In this document: piece after piece, positions 1 through 5,747 of the stretch
Position numbering within the stretch: position 1 is the stretch's first letter
Layout of the letters: every line of letters starts with the position of its first letter
NCBI GenBank assembly: GCA_047651235.1
Contig: CP178758.1
Location: 540,001 to 572,000 of the forward strand
Origin: Candidatus Electrothrix yaqonensis
GTDB lineage: Bacteria > Desulfobacterota > Desulfobulbia > Desulfobulbales > Desulfobulbaceae
Direction: 5' to 3'
Length of the DNA stretch: 32,000 nt
Position numbers and translations under genes: made by a program
Notes under the pieces: model-generated
Seen by the model: the letters and a program-made list of their open reading frames with translations, nothing else
Databases searched by the model: none
Told to the model about the DNA's origin: nothing

Positions 1-2
1 TA

Positions 3-239
3 TCTGACAACGAGATTGAGGTAGTTCTTGACAATATCTGCGCCCTCAGCAAATTTCAAAAAATATATTTTTTGTGGCGACCGTACCTGAAAGACCCGAA
101 AGATGATCATGTCCTTGAGGTGGCTGTGGCATCAAAAACAAGAATAATCGTCACCCATAATATGAAAGATTTTAGAGGGGTTGATAAATTCGGCGTGACT
201 GCGTTACGCCCCGGAAAATTATTGGAGGCAATACAATGA
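3..239 (+). CDS. PIN-domain toxin (PIN_3-like type II TA toxin), 5' end cut by window edge
   Basis: Frame +3 is open from the window edge. Translation: ...SDNEIEVVLDNICALSKFQKIYFLWRPYLKDPKDDHVLEVAVASKTRIIVTHNMKDFRGVDKFGVTALRPGKLLEAIQ*. I recognise the DPKDDhvLEvA and IVTHNxKDF segments from PIN_3-type toxins, from memory with no search run. Stop TGA 237-239 overlaps the ATG 236-238 of the next gene. Confidence 0.7.
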   Translation, partial: SDNEIEVVLDNICALSKFQKIYFLWRPYLKDPKDDHVLEVAVASKTRIIVTHNMKDFRGVDKFGVTALRPGKLLEAIQ

Positions 240-487
240 GTACACTTAGTTTACGGTTACCAAATTCTATTCATCGTCATATTAAGCAAATAGCAACGCA
301 AGAAGGTGTATCGATCAATCAGTTTATTTCGACGGCTGTGTCTGAAAAGATTTCCGCCCTTACAACAGAAAATTATCTGGAGCAACGGGCGAAAAAGGCG
401 GATCGGGCGGCCTTCAGGGGTATATTGGATAAGGTGCCTGATCGGACACCCTTGCCGGGAGATGAGATTATGTCGGAGAATCCATAG
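236..487 (+). CDS. Ribbon-helix-helix (HicB-like/CopG-like) antitoxin
   Basis: 83-aa ORF. The N-terminus LSLRLPNSIHRHIKQIATQEGVSINQFISTAVSEK fits the RHH beta-strand plus two-helix pattern of HicB-like antitoxins. It has a 4-nt ATGA overlap with the upstream PIN gene. Confidence 0.7.
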   Translation: MSTLSLRLPNSIHRHIKQIATQEGVSINQFISTAVSEKISALTTENYLEQRAKKADRAAFRGILDKVPDRTPLPGDEIMSENP

Positions 488-507
488 GGATGTTTCGTAA
501 AACGCCC

Positions 508-1182
508 TCACACCATCCACACCTCATAACTTTCATGGCCGTATGCCGGTGAAGGTTCACGGGTTTCACCGGGGAACGGGGGCTGATCAGGATGCAATGC
601 GTCTTCCTGCCAACGGGACGGGTTATTGCGGATGTATTGGCGGATGCGGTATAATTCTGTTTCGTTGCGGATGACGTGGTCCCAATAATTGCGTTGCCAT
701 AATTTGCCGGGAAACGGTTGCCAACCGTTTTGTTTGACACCCCGGATATATTCGTTGGTGGTCATTGTTTTGAACCATTGCACGACATCCGACAACGATG
801 TCCCCGTAGGGGCAGACCTATGTGTCTGCCCTGGTTGAACCTGCCGGGATGGTTGCATATTCGGCGGGCGGACACGGACACGCGGAATATCCGGGCGGAC
901 ACGCAGGTCCGCCCCTACATTGACCACGATGAAATGAACGTGATTGGGCATACAGACAAATTCATCGCATTCGATCTCGTGGAATTTGTTTTCCAATTCG
1001 GCAAACCATTTTTCCGTCATCCGGCCCGCATCATTCAACCGCATGACCCCGTTGGTGATTCCCCCGAACAGACATTCCCGATGTTGCACACAGATGGTCA
1101 CGAAATAAGCCCCGGCCCGTGTGTAATCATAATTACGCAGGCGGATGGACCGGCGGTGGTGGATGTCAGGGTTGTATGACAT
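508..1182 (-). CDS. REP-associated tyrosine transposase (RAYT; IS200/IS605-like Y1 HUH transposase)
   Basis: 224-aa ORF with HUH motif PNHVHFIV and C-terminal LWQRNYWDHVIRNETELYRIRQYIRNNP (catalytic Tyr region). GTAG-headed REP palindromes lie immediately upstream (1211-1416) and inside the ORF (806-918). Confidence 0.85.
   Translation of the reverse strand: MSYNPDIHHRRSIRLRNYDYTRAGAYFVTICVQHRECLFGGITNGVMRLNDAGRMTEKWFAELENKFHEIECDEFVCMPNHVHFIVVNVGADLRVRPDIPRVRVRPPNMQPSRQVQPGQTHRSAPTGTSLSDVVQWFKTMTTNEYIRGVKQNGWQPFPGKLWQRNYWDHVIRNETELYRIRQYIRNNPSRWQEDALHPDQPPFPGETREPSPAYGHESYEVWMV
806..918. repeat. REP doublet (REPIN-like) embedded in the RAYT coding sequence
   Basis: Left REP: GTAG-GGGCAGAC(810-817)-ctatgt-GTCTGCCC(824-831). 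Right REP in inverted orientation: GGGCGGAC(893-900)-acgcag-GTCCGCCC(907-914)-CTAC(915-918). A degenerate third half-site lies at 864-885. On the minus strand this reads as VGADLRVRPDIPRVRVRPPNMQPSRQVQPGQTHRSAPTG, in frame within the RAYT. Confidence 0.85.
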
Positions 1183-1210
1183 GGCAAATCATTGAATATC
1201 CCGTGGTTTG

Positions 1211-1293
1211 GTAGGGGCAGACCTGCGTGTCTGCCCGGTTGGAACGTGCCGGGATGGTGGACAAACCGGGCGGACACAGAGGTCCGCCCCTAC
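1211..1293. repeat. REP doublet (REPIN-like), intergenic copy
   Basis: Left REP: GTAG(1211-1214)-GGGCAGAC(1215-1222)-cctgcgt-GTCTGCCC(1229-1236). Right REP: GGGCGGAC(1268-1275)-acagag-GTCCGCCC(1282-1289)-CTAC(1290-1293). The spacer ggttggaacgtgccgggatggtgg closely matches the spacer start of the intragenic copy (ggttgaacctgccgggatggttg). Confidence 0.85.
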
Positions 1294-1391
1294 AGGATCG
1301 GCCATGCCCTGATTGATTATCCGGGCAGGGTGCGAACCGGGCATAATCGTTATGGTGCAGGGGGATGGAACGGGTGGTGGGTAATCCCGTT

Positions 1392-1416
1392 GGGGCACGG
1401 CGGGCCGTGCCCTTAC
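1392..1416. repeat. Single REP-like palindrome (variant)
   Basis: GGGCACGG(1393-1400)-cggg-CCGTGCCC(1405-1412)-TTAC. It has the same architecture as the other REPs, with a TTAC tail instead of CTAC. Confidence 0.6.
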
Positions 1417-1442
1417 ATATTCTGGGTTGCGCCTTGCAGGAA

Positions 1443-2423
1443 TTAATACCCCGTAAACAAATACGTTGGGTCAACACTCTGCCCTTGGAAATATCCCTGC
1501 CAATATTCTGTTTGATCAGATTGTTTTATAGGATTCGCCATACAGACATTTGCTCTTTCTTGCATTTCCCTCTGTCTCTGCTCTTCTAATAATCGTTCAT
1601 ACTCTCGCCGAACATCTTCAGCCCAATCTTGGCAGTTATATTTCTCCTTAGACCATGAAATTTTATACAATGCATAGTAGTCATTAGGCTCGACATTATC
1701 TACAGCTTGCCTCAACAATGCATCATCATACCCTGTTTGACTAACATCATAATCTCCTCGATTTTCGTTATTGTAATGCACTTCTCCGTCATCAAAAAAA
1801 CCTACATTACTTCCATCTTCAAAAAAAATATGCTCATGAGCTATTACAGTATTATACTGATCGTCTATAGATCCTACAGTAAGATCCTGAGTGTTATACA
1901 ATTTTCCTAACCATCCATCTAAAGGTCTAGTAGCAAAATACGCATACCCATACCAATCCCAAAACGTCACCGGATTATCCCCCACATACATAAACCGATG
2001 CAAACTCGCCGGATCGTTCAACCGTCCACGATACGTATCCTGCCCCATCCACACCCCGGTCTCGGGATCATAATGCCGTGCCCCGAACCAGACCAGCCCG
2101 GTGTTCTCATCAAACTCCTTACCGGTCAAAGTGTAGTGGTTATGCGGGTCCGTGAAGTTGCCGTTAGCCGGGATCACCCCGCTGTAGGGATCGTAGCGGT
2201 AGGTATGCACGGCATTGCCGTTCTGTTTGGTCAGTCCGGCCACGTCGCCCTTATGGTTGTAGTGGTACCAGCGAAGCTGACCGGTTGCGCCGGAGTTGAA
2301 GTGCTGGGCCATGCTGATGTGCCGATCCGTGCCCCGGTAGTAGTTCTCGTACTGGCCGTTGAGGGTGTCGTACTCGGCCACCGGGTCCAGGCCGTCGAAC
2401 ACGTACTCGGTGCGCTTGTCCAC
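1443..2423 (-). CDS. RHS repeat-associated core C-terminal fragment with a polymorphic toxin tip (LRAT/NlpC-P60-like, inferred); orphan, lacks the RHS N-terminus
   Basis: YD/RHS-type sequence (RTEYVFDGLDPVAEYD, YRYDPYSG, FGARHYDPETGVWMGQD) is followed by the core-end motif YVGDNPVTFWDWYG. A ~170-aa tip follows, containing IAHEHIFFEDG...GEVH...KYNCQDWAEDV (His, His, Cys in LRAT-like order). The frame stays open upstream to about 2546 but RHS-like sequence stops near 2440-2470. The listed start is only a GTG with no SD. Confidence 0.75.
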   Translation of the reverse strand: MDKRTEYVFDGLDPVAEYDTLNGQYENYYRGTDRHISMAQHFNSGATGQLRWYHYNHKGDVAGLTKQNGNAVHTYRYDPYSGVIPANGNFTDPHNHYTLTGKEFDENTGLVWFGARHYDPETGVWMGQDTYRGRLNDPASLHRFMYVGDNPVTFWDWYGYAYFATRPLDGWLGKLYNTQDLTVGSIDDQYNTVIAHEHIFFEDGSNVGFFDDGEVHYNNENRGDYDVSQTGYDDALLRQAVDNVEPNDYYALYKISWSKEKYNCQDWAEDVRREYERLLEEQRQREMQERANVCMANPIKQSDQTEYWQGYFQGQSVDPTYLFTGY

Positions 2424-2473
2424 GCCCTGGGTGCCCGCGCCTGTACCGTTTTTCTTACCGCCCTTTTTTCTGC

Positions 2474-2634
2474 CTTTTGATACCCGATGAACGATCCTTT
2501 TGGTACTCGATAAACGATCCTTTTGATACCCGATGAATGGTTCAGATTACGGGCGTAGAATACATTACTCTACGCCCGATAAATGATCCTTTTGATACTC
2601 GATAAATGATCTGTTTGATACCCGATGAATTTTT
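2474..2634. repeat. Iteron-like array: five 23-bp direct repeats plus one partial unit, split by a 10-bp-stem hairpin
   Basis: Units: 2474-2496 cttttgatacccgatgaacgatc; 2497-2519 cttttggtactcgataaacgatc; 2520-2542 cttttgatacccgatgaatggtt; partial 2575-2588 cccgataaatgatc; 2589-2611 cttttgatactcgataaatgatc; 2612-2634 tgtttgatacccgatgaattttt. Hairpin: CGGGCGTAGA(2550-2559)-atacattac-TCTACGCCCG(2569-2578). Four units contain GATC. Confidence 0.85.
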
Positions 2635-2769
2635 GTTGGATCGGGGTGTGATGTGGAGGGTGAGGGGAAGCTGTCAGGATTTGAACATGTGACTACGGCC
2701 TGTAATCCGTATGGCTGCGGGGTTAGATTTTGGGGTGTGATACTGTGATATCGCCATGATTACTTTTTA

Positions 2770-2797
2770 TTGACTTTTTCAATTCAACATGTATCTT
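2770..2797 (+). promoter_or_regulatory. Candidate sigma70-type promoter for lipoprotein gene 1
   Basis: TTGACT (2770-2775), 16-nt spacer, TATCTT (2792-2797). The block tttttattgactttttcaatt resembles the block upstream of lipoprotein gene 2 (tttttcttgacttacaatt). Confidence 0.3.
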
Positions 2798-2832
2798 TGG
2801 TAAATTAAAATTGCTGGTGTTTATATTAGGGA

Positions 2833-2868
2833 TCTTTCCCTTATTTATTATCTTTCCCTTATTTATTA
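2833..2868. repeat. Perfect 18-bp tandem duplication
   Basis: tctttcccttatttatta occurs at 2833-2850 and again at 2851-2868, directly upstream of the SD (aaggagg) of the 2888 gene. Confidence 0.9.
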
Positions 2869-2887
2869 TTCAAGGAGGAAAAAAAAT

Positions 2888-3541
2888 ATGAAAAAGCTCC
2901 GATTAAGCTTTGTCTTCGTACTGTTCGCTTTGTCGCTCGGTTTGTTAGCATCGTGCGGCAGTTTAACCAACACTGTTCTCCAACAAACAGAAAAAGCTTT
3001 CCGACAAGCAGAAGAAGCAGAGGCAAGAAAAACATTGGAGAGACCGGAAAACTTGAAAAAGGTTGATACTGAGCCGGTTGAAGTCAAGGGGCTTTTTAAA
3101 GATCCTACCAGAGCTATTGCAGCACTTAAGAAAAAGGTCGGTGGCGACAAGGTTATGGCCATCAAACTTCTTATCTATCCGACATTCATAACCTTGGAGA
3201 TACAGGATCAAAATAAAAAAGAGAATGTTGACGCTTATGAATATAAGAACGGATTGGCGTCAGGGCCGGTTCCGGTGAAGCTGATAGGAAATAGCGACCA
3301 AAACACGATCGACGCGAATACGTTCAATCTCGACGAATGCGACTTTACCAAAGTTCCTTTTATGGTGAGAGACATTCAAGAGCGGTTTCAGCTCGAAAAC
3401 GAAGAGGTGACACTTGTATCCTTGGAGAGAAATCTTCCTTTTTCGGACGAAGTTCAATTTCGAGTATATGTGGATGGGACGCGAAAGGACGGCAGTATAA
3501 CCTACGACAAGAAAGGGAATATAATGAAGGTGTGGAGATAA
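2888..3541 (+). CDS. Lipoprotein of unknown function
   Basis: 217-aa ORF with SD aaggagg 7 nt upstream. Signal peptide MKKLRLSFVFVLFALSLGLLASC has the lipobox LLAS-C. The gene is AT-rich relative to its flanks. I recognise no family. Confidence 0.8.
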   Translation: MKKLRLSFVFVLFALSLGLLASCGSLTNTVLQQTEKAFRQAEEAEARKTLERPENLKKVDTEPVEVKGLFKDPTRAIAALKKKVGGDKVMAIKLLIYPTFITLEIQDQNKKENVDAYEYKNGLASGPVPVKLIGNSDQNTIDANTFNLDECDFTKVPFMVRDIQERFQLENEEVTLVSLERNLPFSDEVQFRVYVDGTRKDGSITYDKKGNIMKVWR

Positions 3542-3606
3542 ATCAACTGTCAGGAAGCTTCTTTGTCCCTAAATTTTACGGGTAAAGTTAATGTGTACTA
3601 GATCAT

Positions 3607-3710
3607 ACTTGATCTGACAGTAGCCGGGTACGTGTTTAGCGCGTCACCCGGTTTCTTATTTGTTCGCCCCCCATCACTGCGCAGTCTAATTTCAAGGGAG
3701 GTGTGATACC
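3607..3710. repeat. Copy R1 of a ~105-bp intergenic module (terminator hairpin plus conserved boxes)
   Basis: Aligns with 4833-4942 at roughly 85 percent identity by eye. Shared sequence: acttgatctgaca ... ccgggtacgtg...acccggtttcttatttg ... catcactgcgca.tct.atttcaag.gaggtg. Confidence 0.8.
3624..3662 (+). terminator. Rho-independent terminator after lipoprotein gene 1
   Basis: Stem CCGGGT-ACGTG (3624-3634) pairs with CGCGT-c-ACCCGG (3640-3651). It is followed by tttcttatttg. Confidence 0.65.
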
Positions 3711-3746
3711 TTTAAGTTTTTTTGTTTCTCCCGCAATATATTTTTC

Positions 3747-3776
3747 TTGACTTACAATTATGTCGTTTTGTATTGT
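3747..3776 (+). promoter_or_regulatory. Candidate sigma70-type promoter for lipoprotein gene 2
   Basis: TTGACT (3747-3752), 18-nt spacer, TATTGT (3771-3776). Confidence 0.3.
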
Positions 3777-3837
3777 GTCTCTCGTAGAAGATATCTTACG
3801 GTAGTTTATGTTGAAAAAAACGGAGAGAGAGGGGGAT

Positions 3838-4197
3838 ATGAAGGAAGTGCGCTGTTATGATTACCAAGGGACTGAATATAGATTATATGGATTGAACATA
3901 AAAAAAATCGTATGGTTTTTCTTATTGGGATTTTCTGTTCTTAATTTCGGGTGCGCTCGATATGAATGGGTTAATCCTCATGTAAGAAAAGGTAGTGAAC
4001 AGTTTATTACTGATGAAAATTTATGTGATCAGAAGGCACTGGAAACACCAACGATTAAAACCGATGTTGATTGTGTCCGTAGGGTTGAAAAAAAATGTGT
4101 GCAATTTGTCCCTCGCACATACACTGTAAAAAATACCGAACTATTTGAAGCCTGTATGCAGGGAAAAGGATATAGGAGGCAGCGAGTAGAAGAGTGA
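3838..4197 (+). CDS. Small putative lipoprotein of unknown function
   Basis: The ORF is open from ATG 3808. ATG 3838 is preceded by gagagagaggggg (SD-like). An internal hydrophobic segment KKIVWFFLLGFSVLNFGC is followed by Cys (lipobox-like), so a later TTG start at LNIKK is also possible. The C-terminus is FEACMQGKGYRRQ. The start codon is uncertain. Confidence 0.6.
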   Translation: MKEVRCYDYQGTEYRLYGLNIKKIVWFFLLGFSVLNFGCARYEWVNPHVRKGSEQFITDENLCDQKALETPTIKTDVDCVRRVEKKCVQFVPRTYTVKNTELFEACMQGKGYRRQRVEE

Positions 4198-4217
4198 TGG
4201 GGCGATGAAACTTGCTA

Positions 4218-4318
4218 AGGAATGAGTCTCTAATAACTGTCGCTTTTTGGGGTAGCAATGCCCGTCATAGCGTGCGTCTCGGAAAGACAAAGGGGAAAGT
4301 TATTTCTGACTCATTCCT
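4218..4318. repeat. Inverted repeat enclosing ~79 nt between lipoprotein genes 2 and 3
   Basis: AGGAATGAGTC (4218-4228) and GACTCATTCCT (4308-4318) form perfect 11-bp arms. The interior contains small hairpins (e.g. GTCTcggaaAGAC). Confidence 0.7.
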
Positions 4319-4373
4319 AACGATAGGACAACTTAAGATTAATGTTCAAGGAGAAAGGAGAATATACCCGTTA

Positions 4374-4817
4374 ATGAAAACACGTAATATACTTTCCTGT
4401 TTCTTGTTTTTGGCAATCTTCTTGGCGAGTTGTAGCTATAAACAATTAAAAACTTCGGAAAATTTAATAAATGAAATTACGAGAGCTTTATCTAAACCAG
4501 TAAGTTCTTCATTAGCAATCAAAGAAGAGGTAGAAGCACAAATCATTTTCAGTGCTCCTTATGCTATAAGAAACAATGAACGGTACCTCGTTAGGAATCT
4601 TGGCCCAAGGTTGGTTGCTCAAATATCAGACATCTCCACCGAGAAGAACGGTATCCATTTTTTTATAATTAATCATGGACAAATAACCCATTATGAAAAA
4701 TGGATAAATCCAGCGATCACCTTTAACGGTTATTATCTCACCAAAATAAAACCATCATCACGTAAAATAGAATTTATCATACAAGATAAAATATTGGAGA
4801 AAATAATTGTTAAATAA
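4374..4817 (+). CDS. Lipoprotein of unknown function
   Basis: ATG 4374 is preceded by gagaaaggag. Signal peptide MKTRNILSCFLFLAIFLASC has the lipobox FLAS-C. The 54-codon extension to 4212 in the ORF track lies over the inverted-repeat element and has no signal peptide. Confidence 0.75.
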   Translation: MKTRNILSCFLFLAIFLASCSYKQLKTSENLINEITRALSKPVSSSLAIKEEVEAQIIFSAPYAIRNNERYLVRNLGPRLVAQISDISTEKNGIHFFIINHGQITHYEKWINPAITFNGYYLTKIKPSSRKIEFIIQDKILEKIIVK

Positions 4818-4832
4818 TCTGTAGTAGTTCAG

Positions 4833-4942
4833 ACTTGATCTGACAATTTGACCGGGTACGTGTACGTGCTTAGCACGTAACCCGGTTTCTTATTTGCCCC
4901 CTCCATCACTGCGCACTCTGATTTCAAGAGAGGTGCGCCACC
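4833..4942. repeat. Copy R2 of the ~105-bp intergenic module
   Basis: See R1 (3607-3710). R2 directly abuts RHS fragment A and supplies the non-RHS tail and stop codon of that minus-strand ORF. Confidence 0.8.
4851..4896 (+). terminator. Rho-independent terminator after lipoprotein gene 3
   Basis: ACCGGGT (4851-4857) pairs with ACCCGGT (4880-4886). Inner stem is ACGTGC (4864-4869) / GCACGT (4873-4878). It is followed by ttcttatttg. Confidence 0.65.
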
Positions 4943-5747
4943 GAAAGAGATAGGTTCCGCACCATAATGGTATCGCTCTTCGTTGCCGTCCGGGTACTCC
5001 ATCCTGATCAGGCACAGGTCATCATCATAATGATGGACATGGGCATTGCCGTAGGCATCCGTGACCGTGGTCTTTCCGTCCTCGTAACTGAAGCTGTAGG
5101 ATTCGCTCTCGCCCACGATCTGCTCAGTAACCCGGTATTCGTCATCGTAGCTGTTGCGCACCAAGGGATGCCCCTTGGCTGAGATAATCTCCGTCATCTG
5201 GCCCAGATCATCGTATTGATATGCAGTGCGGTTGCCCCTGCCGTCGATAAAGGCGGTCAGCAGGCCGTCCTCGTACTCGTATTGCAGGGTGATGTCTTCC
5301 GGCAAACGGGCCTCAATGATCTGACCGTCATCATTCAGGGTGAACTCCACCCGCCGTCCGGCAGCGTTCTCTAAGGCGGTCAACTTGTCACCGTCATAGA
5401 ACAGATGAACGGCATTGCCGTTGCGGTCGATCAGAGCAGTCAGGTGGCCGTCGCTGTCAAAGCGTTTTTCTTCTGAGGCACAGCCGCAGTCCGCATCCCG
5501 CATGACATACTCATCCCCTTCCCTGCTGATCACATCATGGGTGCCGGGCGAGGCTGAGACATACTGAGAGCCGGATTTCTTGAAGTTGGCCGTATGGCCG
5601 TCCGGGTAGAGGATCTGCACGCCCTCGAAGGTCGGGATTTTGTAGAATCGATCGCTATCCTTAGGGGAAGCCAAATGGGACGCGCTCTTGCAGAATCGGG
5701 TTCTTTTCTGTACAGTGCCTTATCGTTCCTTTTACCCGGAAAACAGC

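Larger units (their letters stand above)
4829..5674 (-). pseudogene. RHS/YD-repeat internal fragment (no N-terminus, no core end)
   Basis: YD-repeat periodicity is clear (FDSDGHLTALIDRNGNAVHLFYDGDKLT, YEYEDGLLTAFIDGRGNRTAYQYDDLGQMT, YSFSYEDGKTTVTDAYGNAHVHHYDDD). RHS-like sequence is lost after ...EERYHY (about 4968), and the tail GGAPLLKSECAVMEG...* is read from repeat R2. The listed start is a TTG, and the frame opens only at about 5719, next to recJ. Confidence 0.75.

Noticed and set aside
1166-1477. ORFs 1166..1477, 1189..1398 and 1192..1446 in the RAYT upstream region, and 718..1179 opposite the RAYT.
   Set aside because: They are read straight out of REP palindromes (ADTQVRPY, GRPACLP and similar peptides arise on either strand) or are antisense to the RAYT. 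They have no independent coding signal.
2474-2634. Considered whether the 23-bp repeat array is a CRISPR array.
   Set aside because: The repeats are directly adjacent with no spacers, the units are too short and degenerate, and no cas genes are in the window.
2660-2745. tRNA-like signal: ggatttgaac (reverse complement GTTCAAATCC, a T-loop-like string), which might have marked a tRNA gene or an att site.
   Set aside because: On the minus strand the putative T-stem pairs at only 3 of 5 positions. No complementary acceptor 5' strand (GAAGCTG) exists upstream and no anticodon arm can be drawn. It is most likely chance.
4212-4373. 54-codon upstream extension of lipoprotein gene 3.
   Set aside because: It covers the inverted-repeat element, lacks an SD, and would bury the signal peptide internally. 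ATG 4374 with the gagaaaggag SD is preferred.
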